A program made the translations under genes and the position numbers. The notes under the pieces are model-generated. The model made no database searches, was not told the DNA's origin, and saw only the letters and a program-made list of their open reading frames with translations. Below, one piece after another: positions 17,778 through 25,716 of a DNA stretch of 50,547 bases. The DNA is from Candidatus Eiseniibacteriota bacterium. Its GTDB lineage: Bacteria; Joyebacterota; Joyebacteria; Joyebacterales; Joyebacteraceae. The first letter of the stretch is position 1. Each line of letters opens with the position of its first letter. The stretch is taken from contig DAOWCM010000001.1 of the NCBI GenBank assembly GCA_030639555.1, positions 1 through 50,547 on the forward strand, in the 5' to 3' direction.

Positions 17778-18451
17778 CAGCAGTGCTTGTTCTTCTCGCC
17801 GTCCCGGCCGCGCCCGTCGGTGCAGTGGTCGCGGCGGCCGCCGTCGGAATCCGAGTCGGAGTCATCGTCGTCGTCGTCCGAATCATCGTCCGAGTCGCCG
17901 CCGTCGTCCCCGCCGTTGTCGCCAGAGTCACCGTCGTCCCCGCCGTCGTCGCCATCAGAGTCGCCGTCGTCCCCGCCGTCGTCGCTGTCGCCCTCGCCGT
18001 TGTCACCAGAGTCGCCGTCGTTCTCGCCGTCATCCCCGGGAGGAGGTGATGCGAGGGCCGCGTGGTGCCTCTTGTGCGAGTGGCGGTGTTCAGCAGTAAT
18101 CGCCCAGTACGCGACGCCCAGGCCCACTACGGCGAGGAGCTGATTCCTCGGGCTCCACCCGAAGGGGTTCAGGTCAGAGACCGCGTTGAACTGGATGCGC
18201 GTGCCGGTGGCGGCAGTGAAAGGCACCCCGCCGGCTCGCGGCACGACGCCGCGGATGTGCAGGAACTTCTGCACCGGGCCGTCGCCGCCCCAGCGGAACT
18301 CGAGGCCGAGGTATGCACCCCGCTGCTGCTTCGTGAGCTGCAGCGCGTCGTCCAGCCCGCCCGCGTTAGACGTAGCCGCCATGGACAGGACAGCCACGAA
18401 GATCGCGGCCGCAAGCATGTAGAGGAACACTTTGCTCGGGGATCGGGTCAT
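17777..18451 (-). CDS. Signal-peptide / TM protein with His-rich patch and poly-acidic D/G/S repeat tail
   Basis: 224 aa with RBS GGAG. It has a signal peptide (FLYMLAAAIFVAVLSMAATSNA), a second hydrophobic helix (LLAVVGLGVAYWAITA) and the patch EHRHSHKRHH. About 70 aa made almost only of D/G/S/N/E follow. The protein ends in HC...KHC. Confidence 0.65.
   Translation of the reverse strand: MTRSPSKVFLYMLAAAIFVAVLSMAATSNAGGLDDALQLTKQQRGAYLGLEFRWGGDGPVQKFLHIRGVVPRAGGVPFTAATGTRIQFNAVSDLNPFGWSPRNQLLAVVGLGVAYWAITAEHRHSHKRHHAALASPPPGDDGENDGDSGDNGEGDSDDGGDDGDSDGDDGGDDGDSGDNGGDDGGDSDDDSDDDDDDSDSDSDGGRRDHCTDGRGRDGEKNKHC
17892..18035. repeat. Imperfect tandem repeats (~30-33 nt unit) encoding the acidic tail
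   Basis: Repeated GAGTC(G/A)CC(GCC)GTCGTCCCCGCCGT(T/C)GTCGCC units are readable on the + strand, in 3-4 copies. Confidence 0.6.
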
Positions 18452-18461
18452 GGAATTTCTC

Positions 18462-18743
18462 CTATAGAAGCCAGATTGTGAGGATGGTCGCGGCCACCGT
18501 GGCGAACGTGATCGGCCAGAAGCCGCGGAAGTTGAAGTCCGGGTCGTACTCGTCGACGAACATGTCGGTGCCCTTGCCGCTCTCGCTCGGTTTCACCTCG
18601 GCGACGATGTAGCGGACGGGCGGCTTGTTGGGATTGACAACCTCCTCCCACGTGTCGCCCACGCGCTCCGCCTTCGCGATGCCGTCGACGATCCGGTACC
18701 GCCGGAACAGCACGTTCAGTCGCAGCGCCAGGTCGAGCTTCAT
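18462..18743 (-). CDS. Hypothetical protein with C-terminal TM anchor
   Basis: 93 aa. The C-terminal FWPITFATVAATILTIWLL is hydrophobic. The ATG overlaps the upstream stop (ATGA). Confidence 0.5.
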   Translation of the reverse strand: MKLDLALRLNVLFRRYRIVDGIAKAERVGDTWEEVVNPNKPPVRYIVAEVKPSESGKGTDMFVDEYDPDFNFRGFWPITFATVAATILTIWLL

Positions 18744-18946
18744 CGCTTCCTCTTCCTCATCTTGATGCTGCCCTTCTTGCGCAGCGAGCCCCAGGCGCTG
18801 TCTCCCTCGAGGTCGCCGCTCCCGCGGGAGTCCGGGTATACCTTGACTTCCATGAGCTGACCATGGACCTCGCGCGTCTCGATGCGGACGGCTGCCTCCA
18901 TCTCACTTCGGAGGGCTTCCATGCGACCCTTGATCGGTGACTTCAT
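18740..18946 (-). CDS. Hypothetical small basic protein (68 aa)
   Basis: The start was reset to MKSPIKG (ATG 18946), which overlaps the upstream TGA (ATGA). The longer track ORF is an implausible R/G/P-rich extension. Confidence 0.45.
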   Translation of the reverse strand: MKSPIKGRMEALRSEMEAAVRIETREVHGQLMEVKVYPDSRGSGDLEGDSAWGSLRKKGSIKMRKRKR

Positions 18947-19254
18947 GTCAGCTTCTCCCCGGGGCAGGGTTCGGAGATGTGGCGCAGGACTGGGAAGTTC
19001 CCGAGGGTCAGCAGCGCCGCGACGGCAACCCGGAGGGTCGCCATGTATGCGTCGTGCTCGAGGGTCTTCACCAGCAGCGGGTCGGCCACCGGCCTCGCCT
19101 CGGCCACCCGGGTGTACGCTACCCCCGCCATGCGCACGTGCTCGAGTACGGACCGCAGCCACTCGTCGTAGTCGCTCGTCTTCACCCCCCGGGCGAGCTC
19201 CGTCTCTGCCGCGCGGAACGCGGCCGTGATGGCCTCCGAGGGGGTGATCGCCAC
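18943..19254 (-). CDS. Hypothetical helical protein (103 aa)
   Basis: The GTG at 19254 overlaps the TAG of the upstream gene (TAGTG). The sequence after that point is protein-like (ITPSEAITAAFRAAETELARGV...). The track ORF upstream of it overlaps the DUF5664 gene out of frame. Confidence 0.4.
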   Translation of the reverse strand: MAITPSEAITAAFRAAETELARGVKTSDYDEWLRSVLEHVRMAGVAYTRVAEARPVADPLLVKTLEHDAYMATLRVAVAALLTLGNFPVLRHISEPCPGEKLT

Positions 19255-19727
19255 TATCCGGTCGCCTTCACGCACAGCTCGCAGCCGGCGACCGCGTTCA
19301 TGTGGTACGGGCAGTTCACCTCGAGAGGCTTGCCCTCCATCTCCGTGATGATGTTGCTGTACTTGTCGAGCAGCCGCTGCGCCGCGCCGGCCGGCGGCCG
19401 GTCGTCGTCCAGGGAGTCGGTCGCCTCGGCGTCGAGGATGATCCCCAGGCACGCCTTCGCGTGCCCCAGGTGGTGCAGCCCGCTGTCGGCGGCGTTCTCC
19501 TCCCCGTCGAGCCACGCGAGCAGGTGCCGCTGGCAAGCCGCGATGTAGACTGTCGCGATCACCTTCTTCTCGCGCCAGTTGAACGGGCCGTACTTCACGG
19601 CGCCGTTCCGCATGGCCATCGCCTCGTGGATGAGGCCGGCGGTCGGCAGGAGGTGCAGCGGGACCTTCTTGAGTCCGATGCGGTCCTTGGGATTCATCTC
19701 GCGGTTGTCCTTGGGGCTCTCACTCAC
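19254..19727 (-). CDS. DUF5664-type protein (dATP/dGTP diphosphohydrolase N-terminal domain-like)
   Basis: KDRIGLKKVPLHLLPTAGLIHEAMAMRNGAVKYGPFNWRE...CQRHLLAWLDGEENAADSGLHHLGHA matches my recollection of the DUF5664 pattern. The GTG start overlaps the SNF2 stop (GTGA). An alternative ATG lies at 19697. Confidence 0.6.
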   Translation of the reverse strand: MSESPKDNREMNPKDRIGLKKVPLHLLPTAGLIHEAMAMRNGAVKYGPFNWREKKVIATVYIAACQRHLLAWLDGEENAADSGLHHLGHAKACLGIILDAEATDSLDDDRPPAGAAQRLLDKYSNIITEMEGKPLEVNCPYHMNAVAGCELCVKATG

Positions 19728-21157
19728 TGGTGTATCTCCTCAACTAGCGCGGCCTTCAAGTCGCTCTGCTTGCGGTCCTTCCGCTTCAGAACGCCCGAGA
19801 CCACGCTGTCATAGGTGTCTCTCGCGACCAGATGGTACACGAACACTGTATCCGATTTCTGTCCCTGCCGGTATAGCCGGCGGTTGAGCTGGTCGTACAT
19901 TTCGAGGTCCCAGGGGAGCGTGAACCAGACGATCGCATTCGAGCCTTCCTGCATGTTGAGCCCGTGGGCCCCGGCCTGCGGCTGGACTAGGATCACTGGA
20001 TGCTTCCCGGCATTCCACTCCCGTTGTATCCTCGCTGTTTCTGCAGGTTTCGTGCCTCCCCCGATCACCGGCGTGTCCTTGCCGATCCGCTGTCTAATCG
20101 CCTCTGCCTCGCTCCTGAACCAGTATGCGACCAAGGTGGGGCGGCCCGACTCTGCCAGGAGATCCTCGAGGGCGTCCAGCTTCTCTTTATGGACGGCGTG
20201 CCACCGCTTGCACTTATCGTCTGAGTAGAGGATCCCGCTCGCGATCTGCTGGAGCTTCACGAGGGTGCCGTCCATGAGAACGTCCTCGCCATCCTCGAAC
20301 CAGCCGACGCCGTGATTCTTGACGGTCTCGTAGAGCTCGAGGGCCTGGTCCGGGATCTTGACGGGCACCTCCGTCCGCACCAGTTCGGGCATGTCCAGCC
20401 AGTCCTCGGCACGCATGCACGTGATGTGCGGAGCGATGAGGTCCCGCACCTCCTCAAACGCCCCGTCCAGGGGGGTGTACTTCATGAACCTGCGGCTCGG
20501 GGGTCCGACCTGCCTCCCGTCGAACCATCGCTTCTGATACTCCGTGATCCGGTCGTCGAGGGCCTCGCCGCGGTCGAGTATCAGCATCTGGCCGTGCAGG
20601 TCCATGATGCCGTTCGGAATGGGGGTGCCGGTGAGGATCGTGCGGCGGCCGAAGTCCCCGAGGTAGCGGCGCAGCACCTTCATCCGGCGGCCGGTGGACC
20701 GCTTGAAGCGGGTGGACTCGTCGACGGTGAGCATCTCCGGGCGCCCGCGCCAGTCCTTCCACGGGCCCGACTTCCACACGACCCGGTACTTGCGCTTACT
20801 GCCGGGCCGCGTCTTCTGCACCACTGGCCCGCCGAACAGCTTCTCGATGGACTCCGGGTTGATCAGGAACACGTCGCCATCCGGGGGGTCGGCCACGTCA
20901 TGCTGGTGCAGGTTGACGACGCGGATGTCGCGGAACTGGCTCCACTTCTCCTGCTCGTCGGGCCACGTCGTGTAGCAGACGCGGAGCGGGGCGATCACCA
21001 GGGCCCGCTCCACGTCGCACGCCGCGCGCATCCGCCTGAACGCCTCGAGGATGCACGCCGTCTTGCCCAGGCCCGGGTCCATGAACAGGCCGTGGTAGGG
21101 ATCCGCAATCACGTTGCAGATTGCTCGCTCCTGATAGGCGTGCGGCTCGAAGATCAT
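19724..21157 (-). CDS. SNF2-family DNA helicase / translocase
   Basis: 477 aa with HAYQ, GLGKT (Walker A), VDEST (DExx), LTGTPIPN and C-terminal helicase motifs. Confidence 0.85.
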   Translation of the reverse strand: MIFEPHAYQERAICNVIADPYHGLFMDPGLGKTACILEAFRRMRAACDVERALVIAPLRVCYTTWPDEQEKWSQFRDIRVVNLHQHDVADPPDGDVFLINPESIEKLFGGPVVQKTRPGSKRKYRVVWKSGPWKDWRGRPEMLTVDESTRFKRSTGRRMKVLRRYLGDFGRRTILTGTPIPNGIMDLHGQMLILDRGEALDDRITEYQKRWFDGRQVGPPSRRFMKYTPLDGAFEEVRDLIAPHITCMRAEDWLDMPELVRTEVPVKIPDQALELYETVKNHGVGWFEDGEDVLMDGTLVKLQQIASGILYSDDKCKRWHAVHKEKLDALEDLLAESGRPTLVAYWFRSEAEAIRQRIGKDTPVIGGGTKPAETARIQREWNAGKHPVILVQPQAGAHGLNMQEGSNAIVWFTLPWDLEMYDQLNRRLYRQGQKSDTVFVYHLVARDTYDSVVSGVLKRKDRKQSDLKAALVEEIHQ

Positions 21158-21417
21158 ATAACTTTAGAATTCCTCCGCCGGTGCGGCGCCCCGTGCTGCT
21201 CCATGCAGGCGATGCCGAGCGCAACGATCTTCCGCACCGCGTCGAGCTTGGGGACGCCTTGGGATGTAGTGCCCGCCACGTGCACGAGCTGATTCGTGTA
21301 CTCCGCGATGTAGAGCGAGAACTCGTCGATCGTGTGCTCGGGTTCTCCCCACTTGTCGGCCTGGTAGTCTCGCTCGCTCTTGATTGCCTTGTTGATCTCG
21401 TCAAGCGTCGTCGTCAT
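21154..21417 (-). CDS. Small all-alpha protein, weakly MazG-like
   Basis: 87 aa. The motif ERDYQADKWG resembles the N-terminal helix of phage MazG-like NTP pyrophosphohydrolases, but the EExxE metal motif is not seen. Confidence 0.3.
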   Translation of the reverse strand: MTTTLDEINKAIKSERDYQADKWGEPEHTIDEFSLYIAEYTNQLVHVAGTTSQGVPKLDAVRKIVALGIACMEQHGAPHRRRNSKVI

Positions 21418-21700
21418 CTGTGTGTCCTCTTTCCCATGATTGAATCCATGCCTTCACGTCGTCCGGGTGCTCCAGGACGACGACCTCGAATCCGAGTTTG
21501 CGAAGCAGCTTGTGCCACAGTCGCTGCGCGCGGCGGGTGCTGCCGCCCGGCGCCTTCTCCTCGACGAACGCGACGCGACCGAACGGAGCCAGGACCATGT
21601 CGTCCGGGAACCCGGTCGCCAGGGAGTCTGTCTTGATGCAGTGCCACTCGCGGGCCTTACATTCTCTGGTGAGCGTCGATCTTACGGCGGATTCGCGCAT
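21401..21700 (-). CDS. VRR-NUC domain nuclease
   Basis: 99 aa with a PD-(D/E)xK pattern (GFPDDMVL ... VAFVEEKAPGG). The small size and its position next to SNF2 are typical of the family. Confidence 0.7.
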   Translation of the reverse strand: MRESAVRSTLTRECKAREWHCIKTDSLATGFPDDMVLAPFGRVAFVEEKAPGGSTRRAQRLWHKLLRKLGFEVVVLEHPDDVKAWIQSWERGHTDDDDA

Positions 21701-22085
21701 CGTAGAACTCCAGTGTCTCCTTGAGCTCGTTCGGCAACCACGGCAGCTTGAATCGTGACGCGAGCTGTTTCCTCTTCACTTCGGGATCGACCGCGACGAT
21801 GTCGAACACCTGCCTCATCGTCACGGCGCCGAAGTCGTCCTGGGTGAACCAGCAGCACGCCTTCGCCCAGTTCATCAGGGCGAGGTAGATGATAAACATG
21901 CGGGGGCGGCTTGGCCCGTACTTGAAGCTGCGGAGGGGCTTTCTAGTCAGTAGCTTCTCGATGAACTCTCGATTCTCGAGGAGAGTTGTGTAGCTCTCGT
22001 TGAGTGCCCGCTCCGCGTCCTCGAGCACGGCGCAGTAGAGCCCGGTCGCACCCCCGCCGTAGGATCCCCCGCCCCACTCGCTCAC
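21657..22085 (-). CDS. Hypothetical protein (142 aa)
   Basis: The GTG start overlaps the stop of the upstream small ORF (GTGA). The sequence is protein-like and I recognise no family. Confidence 0.5.
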   Translation of the reverse strand: MSEWGGGSYGGGATGLYCAVLEDAERALNESYTTLLENREFIEKLLTRKPLRSFKYGPSRPRMFIIYLALMNWAKACCWFTQDDFGAVTMRQVFDIVAVDPEVKRKQLASRFKLPWLPNELKETLEFYDARIRRKIDAHQRM

Positions 22086-22102
22086 TTCCGGTACCTCTCG
22101 GC
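22081..22102. repeat. Direct repeat copy 1 (CTCACTTCCGGTACCTCTCGGC)
   Basis: Perfect 22-nt identity with 22242-22263, 161 nt away. Confidence 0.9.
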
Positions 22103-22246
22103 TTTCACAGTGTCATAAGCCCGCTGCGCTTGCTCCTTGGTCGTTTCGATTCCTTCACGGGCCTGCAAGGTTTGGATCACAGACACCATTAGCTTTCGTC
22201 GAAGATCGAGATCAGCCAGAAGGGTTCTGATGTCGACGCGTCTCAC
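22082..22246 (-). CDS. Small ORF (54 aa) bracketed by a 22-bp direct repeat
   Basis: The GTG at 22246 overlaps the polymerase TGA (GTGA). It ends AERYRK-TGA, which is identical to the polymerase C-terminus. It has coiled-coil-like composition. Confidence 0.35.
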   Translation of the reverse strand: MRRVDIRTLLADLDLRRKLMVSVIQTLQAREGIETTKEQAQRAYDTVKAERYRK

Positions 22247-22263
22247 TTCCGGTACCTCTCGGC
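22242..22263. repeat. Direct repeat copy 2 (CTCACTTCCGGTACCTCTCGGC)
   Basis: Perfect 22-nt identity with 22081-22102. It covers the last six codons and the stop of the DNA polymerase gene. Confidence 0.9.
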
Positions 22264-24342
22264 ACGCCAACCGTCGGCGGCAATCGGAAAGTCGAGCGCC
22301 CACTTCGGCCGCTCGTTCAGAATCTGCTTGAACTCCTCGAGGGAGCCCTGGCCCTTCGGGACCTCGGCCACGATCTCGTCGTGGACGGTGAGGATGATCG
22401 GGTAGCCGGCACGCTCCGCCCGGAGCATGGCCTCCGCCATGATGTCGCGGCACAGCGCCTGCACGATGTTCTCCGTCAGCTTCCCGCCGTACGTCTTGCA
22501 ATTCGGGATCCACAGGTTCGGGGCGTACGTCGCGTACCCGGTGAAATGCAGCGCGGGTCGCTTGAACTTCTCATCCAGGTCGATGCGCGGGTCTAGGTAC
22601 GAGAGGAGCCTGCCGCTGGGGAGTCTGCAGTGCAGGAATCGGCCCAGCACCTTGAAGCGCACGTGGCCGAACTCGACGAGCTTGCCCGGGTTGCGGACCG
22701 CCCTCGAGGCCGCCCGGTCGACGCCATACCAGAACTCGCAGATGCGCCACCGAGCGTCCCGCCAGTCGCGGACAATCGTCTCGGACTGCTCGTCGGTGAG
22801 CTCGATACCCATGCCGTCGGCATAGTTCACGAGGGCCCGCCACCCCATCTGATAGCCGCACCCTAGCGTGGCGATCTTCCCGTTGCCGCGCTCCAGCTTA
22901 TCGGCCTTCGTGATGCGGCGACCGTACATCTGGGACGCGGTCCACGTGTAGATGTCCCAGTCTGCCTTCGGGTCCGCGTCCAGGTCGGCGAACGCCTGTA
23001 GCATCTCCTTGTCGCCCGCCACCCACGCCGTGCCGCGGGCCTCGATCGCGGAGTAGTCGGCCGCGAGGAGGTCGTGCCCCGGCGCGGCTATGATCGCGCC
23101 GCGCAGGATGCTCGAGAGGAGCGTCATGATGTTGTCGTGCCCGTAGAGCATGCACAGGTCGTCGTAGTCGTACCGGAGCACGTCTGCGCAGACGCCGTCG
23201 ATGTCGTCCGGGCAGTTGCGCGGCAGGTTGTGGGGCTGGATGCCCGCGCCGCCCCACCGGCCGGTCGTCGCCGCGTGGTAGCGCATCGTCTCCCGCACCC
23301 GATCGTCCTCGGGGTCCATGCGGTTGATCATGGCGCGGTACTTCTTGGTGGACGTCTTGTTCAGCGCCAGCCAGAGCTCGATCGCGCGCTGGGAGGGCTG
23401 GTCTTCGACGCTGCCAAGCATCTTCCTGAGGGACTTACCTTCGGTGGTCTCCTTCTCCTCGAAGTGCTCCACGCCAGTGTCCGCGTCGATGATCTTCTTC
23501 AGCTTCACCGGCACCTCGGTGCCGCGGCTGCGCAGCCACTCCTTGAACTTCTCCCGGTGGGTCTCCTTCTCGACGGCGAAGTAGGTCACCGCGGAGAGCT
23601 GGTCGCGCATGGCCGCCTCGGCGAGCGCGCCCACCTCGAGGGCCTTCATCGCGAGCGCCCGGTCGATGCGGAGCCCGCGGAAGTTGATCGTCTGGTCGAG
23701 CTGCCATATCTCCAGCTCGGTGCCGCTCAGCGGGCGCAGGGCGCGGCCGACGGCCTTCTCGGAGCGCACGTCCTGCACGCAGTATTTCATCACCCTCAGG
23801 ACGTCCTTGCGCTTCTGGTGCCACTTCGAGTCCGGGTCGCCCCTCGTCGGCTTGCGGACCTTCGTGAGCTTCATCATGGCCTTGTGGCCTTCCATGTCCT
23901 TCTGCTGGCCCAGCCCGAGGTCTTTGCAGACGTGCTCGAGCTTGCGGCGGAGTGCGAACGCCGCGGCGGCCGAGGCGGAGCAGCGCCACTGCCAGTCCTG
24001 CACCGCAGGCCAGCCGTAGCGCTCTACCATGATCCAGCGCCAGATGCAGCGCTCGAAGTGCGCGCCGTGGGCCTCGAACAGCTCGCCAGCGTCGATGCGC
24101 TCGAACAGCTCGAGGGGATCGGGCGGCCGCTCGAAGTTCGAGTGCGTCCGGTCGCGCTTCCGCTGCGCCTGCAGGTAGCTCAAGTCCTCGATGCCCGGGT
24201 GCCACACGTGGACCGGGTTGTAGTCCCGGCTGTAGCTCCAGCATAGGACGAGGATCTCCGTCGACGGGTGGCGCGAGTAGAGGTAGGACCCGACGTCCTT
24301 GATGCTCACCTCGGAGCGGGTCTCGAAGTCGCCGAAGATCAT
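22243..24342 (-). CDS. Family A DNA polymerase with N-terminal 3'-5' exonuclease domain
   Basis: The start was reset to MIFGDFETRS (ATG 24342; ExoI-type DxE). Pol motifs are A (LLAADYSAIEAR), B (RGNGKIATLGCGYQMG) and C (LTVHDEIV). 699 aa. Confidence 0.9.
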   Translation of the reverse strand: MIFGDFETRSEVSIKDVGSYLYSRHPSTEILVLCWSYSRDYNPVHVWHPGIEDLSYLQAQRKRDRTHSNFERPPDPLELFERIDAGELFEAHGAHFERCIWRWIMVERYGWPAVQDWQWRCSASAAAAFALRRKLEHVCKDLGLGQQKDMEGHKAMMKLTKVRKPTRGDPDSKWHQKRKDVLRVMKYCVQDVRSEKAVGRALRPLSGTELEIWQLDQTINFRGLRIDRALAMKALEVGALAEAAMRDQLSAVTYFAVEKETHREKFKEWLRSRGTEVPVKLKKIIDADTGVEHFEEKETTEGKSLRKMLGSVEDQPSQRAIELWLALNKTSTKKYRAMINRMDPEDDRVRETMRYHAATTGRWGGAGIQPHNLPRNCPDDIDGVCADVLRYDYDDLCMLYGHDNIMTLLSSILRGAIIAAPGHDLLAADYSAIEARGTAWVAGDKEMLQAFADLDADPKADWDIYTWTASQMYGRRITKADKLERGNGKIATLGCGYQMGWRALVNYADGMGIELTDEQSETIVRDWRDARWRICEFWYGVDRAASRAVRNPGKLVEFGHVRFKVLGRFLHCRLPSGRLLSYLDPRIDLDEKFKRPALHFTGYATYAPNLWIPNCKTYGGKLTENIVQALCRDIMAEAMLRAERAGYPIILTVHDEIVAEVPKGQGSLEEFKQILNERPKWALDFPIAADGWRAERYRK

Positions 24343-24596
24343 CCGCGGAACTTCCAGGCCATGCCCAGCCAGATGCAGTTGAAGAAGACGATCGCCGTCC
24401 CCGCGGTGAACGACGCCCACTGCCCCAGCGACGGGTAGTAGTACAGGTTCCAGAATCCCCAGGAGGTGAAGAACACCATGGACCCGAAGTTCACGCCGCG
24501 AACCTGGCGCGACTTGTAGAGGGCCACGCAGTTCGCGAAGATCGCGACCGCTCCCCATCCCTCGAACATGGCGTTGATGAAGTCGGCGTAGTTCAT
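24339..24596 (-). CDS. Small 3-TM membrane protein (SemiSWEET-sized)
   Basis: The start is at MNYADF (ATG 24596). 85 aa with three hydrophobic helices. The stop overlaps the polymerase ATG (ATGA). Confidence 0.5.
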   Translation of the reverse strand: MNYADFINAMFEGWGAVAIFANCVALYKSRQVRGVNFGSMVFFTSWGFWNLYYYPSLGQWASFTAGTAIVFFNCIWLGMAWKFRG

Positions 24597-24603
24597 CGCG
24601 GCA

Positions 24604-24804
24604 CTACGACCCGTGGATGGGGCAGTGGGCGTCGTTCGCCGCGCTTCTCTTGCAGGAGCAGACCATGCGTACGAGCAGCACACACTCTCCCGCATCTTCT
24701 ATGCGTACACTCGCAACATCTCCCCAGCAGTCGCACCCCTCGGTGTTGACCGTTAGATCCTGAGGCATCTCGGTCAGCGCGGCGATCAGCTCGGCGACGG
24801 TCAT
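24604..24804 (-). CDS. Small Cys/His-rich protein (66 aa)
   Basis: The start is at MTVAEL (ATG 24804, an ATGA overlap). Motifs are GCDCWG and CSCK...HCPIH. Confidence 0.45.
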   Translation of the reverse strand: MTVAELIAALTEMPQDLTVNTEGCDCWGDVASVRIEDAGECVLLVRMVCSCKRSAANDAHCPIHGS

Positions 24805-25025
24805 CCGAACCATCCGTATAGGTCGATGCCCACGAATACTATGCTCCACACGATGAACCCGGTGAGGCGCGTTCGGATCCCGAGAATGATGAACAAGACG
24901 TCCCCCGCGATGCGGGCGATCCACCCGGACGGAATGCCCAGCGCGACGAGCGCTAGGCCGCCGGCCAGGAGCATGAAGCCGACGTGGCAGATCAGGTCGT
25001 TGGTCCGGTGGCGGTAGTCCGTCAT
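24801..25025 (-). CDS. Small 2-3-TM membrane protein (74 aa)
   Basis: The start is at MTDYRH (ATG 25025, an ATGA overlap with the SLOG gene stop). The sequence is hydrophobic throughout. Confidence 0.5.
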   Translation of the reverse strand: MTDYRHRTNDLICHVGFMLLAGGLALVALGIPSGWIARIAGDVLFIILGIRTRLTGFIVWSIVFVGIDLYGWFG

Positions 25026-25390
25026 GCGCCCGTCTCCAGGGGCACGATGATGACGCGGATGCCGCGGGCGACGGCCGACTCGATGCAGCGCCACGTGCCT
25101 TTCGAGCTGGGCTGCGGAAACGCGAGCACCAGGTCGGGCTTGAAGCAGTCGAGCATGCGGTCGTTGCGCCGCACCCCCGCGGCGGGCCACGGGCCGTCGA
25201 TCATGGTATCGACCTTGTACGTCTTGTGCGGAAACTCCATCTCGACGGCCCACATCAGGGCGTGCCGGTCGCCGCCGCGGGCCCCGCCCTGCGCCAGCTT
25301 GGTCATACCCTGGCCCATCGCGACGTCGAGCTCCTCCCGGATCGGGGCGCCGTTCCTGATGTGCCTCGAGGCGGTGACGACCACCTTCAC
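25022..25390 (-). CDS. SLOG-superfamily protein (DUF2493 / YspA-cpYpsA-like)
   Basis: The GTG at 25390 overlaps the upstream TAG. 122 aa. GGARGGDRHALMWA...WPAAGVRRNDRMLD..PDLVLAFP...GTW fits the DUF2493 pattern as I recall it. Confidence 0.6.
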   Translation of the reverse strand: MKVVVTASRHIRNGAPIREELDVAMGQGMTKLAQGGARGGDRHALMWAVEMEFPHKTYKVDTMIDGPWPAAGVRRNDRMLDCFKPDLVLAFPQPSSKGTWRCIESAVARGIRVIIVPLETGA

Positions 25391-25716
25391 TATATTTCCG
25401 CCAGCCCGTCGAAAGAGATCCTGTCCCTGGCTGTTTGGATTCGGTTGCGAAAGAATCCGACGTGCTGTGGAAACATTTCGTGGAACTTTCGCGCGTAGAA
25501 CGCGACGTGGTTGTTGTTGATCTTGAAGCCGTCCTTCTTGCTGGGATCCCCGGCGCCGGTTTCCCACCGCACGCGGTGCATCACTGCGTCAGCGCTGTAG
25601 TGCTTGTAGCCGCGGCGCAGCCTGTCGAAGGTATACCTCGAGAACAATCTCCACACCTCGGGGTGCTCTCTGTCGAACTTCGTGAAGCTCGCCAACATCT
25701 GCTTGTAGCGTGTCAC
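25390..25716 (-). CDS. Hypothetical protein (108 aa)
   Basis: The GTG start overlaps the upstream stop (GTGA). The sequence is protein-like (KHYSADAVMHRVRWE, FKINNNHVAFYARKF). Function unknown. Confidence 0.5.
   Translation of the reverse strand: MTRYKQMLASFTKFDREHPEVWRLFSRYTFDRLRRGYKHYSADAVMHRVRWETGAGDPSKKDGFKINNNHVAFYARKFHEMFPQHVGFFRNRIQTARDRISFDGLAEI

Noticed and set aside
17563-18143. ORFs encoding poly-T/A (17563-18033, -), S/P-rich (17637-18143, +) and V/A-rich (17783-18049, +) products over the acidic-tail region.
   Set aside because: They are mirror or alternate frames of the tandem-repeat DNA. Only the 17777-18451 frame has a signal peptide, an RBS and coupling to neighbouring genes.
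24343-24558. N-terminal extension of the polymerase ORF. Similar extensions occur in track ORFs 30682-32913, 27304-28035, 27908-28570, 26712-27287, 25916-26686, 34406-35578 and 18740-19162.
   Set aside because: The extensions are R/G/P/H-rich and overlap the upstream genes out of frame. Internal ATG/GTG codons with an RBS or ATGA/GTGA overlaps give starts that coincide with the recognisable domain N-termini.
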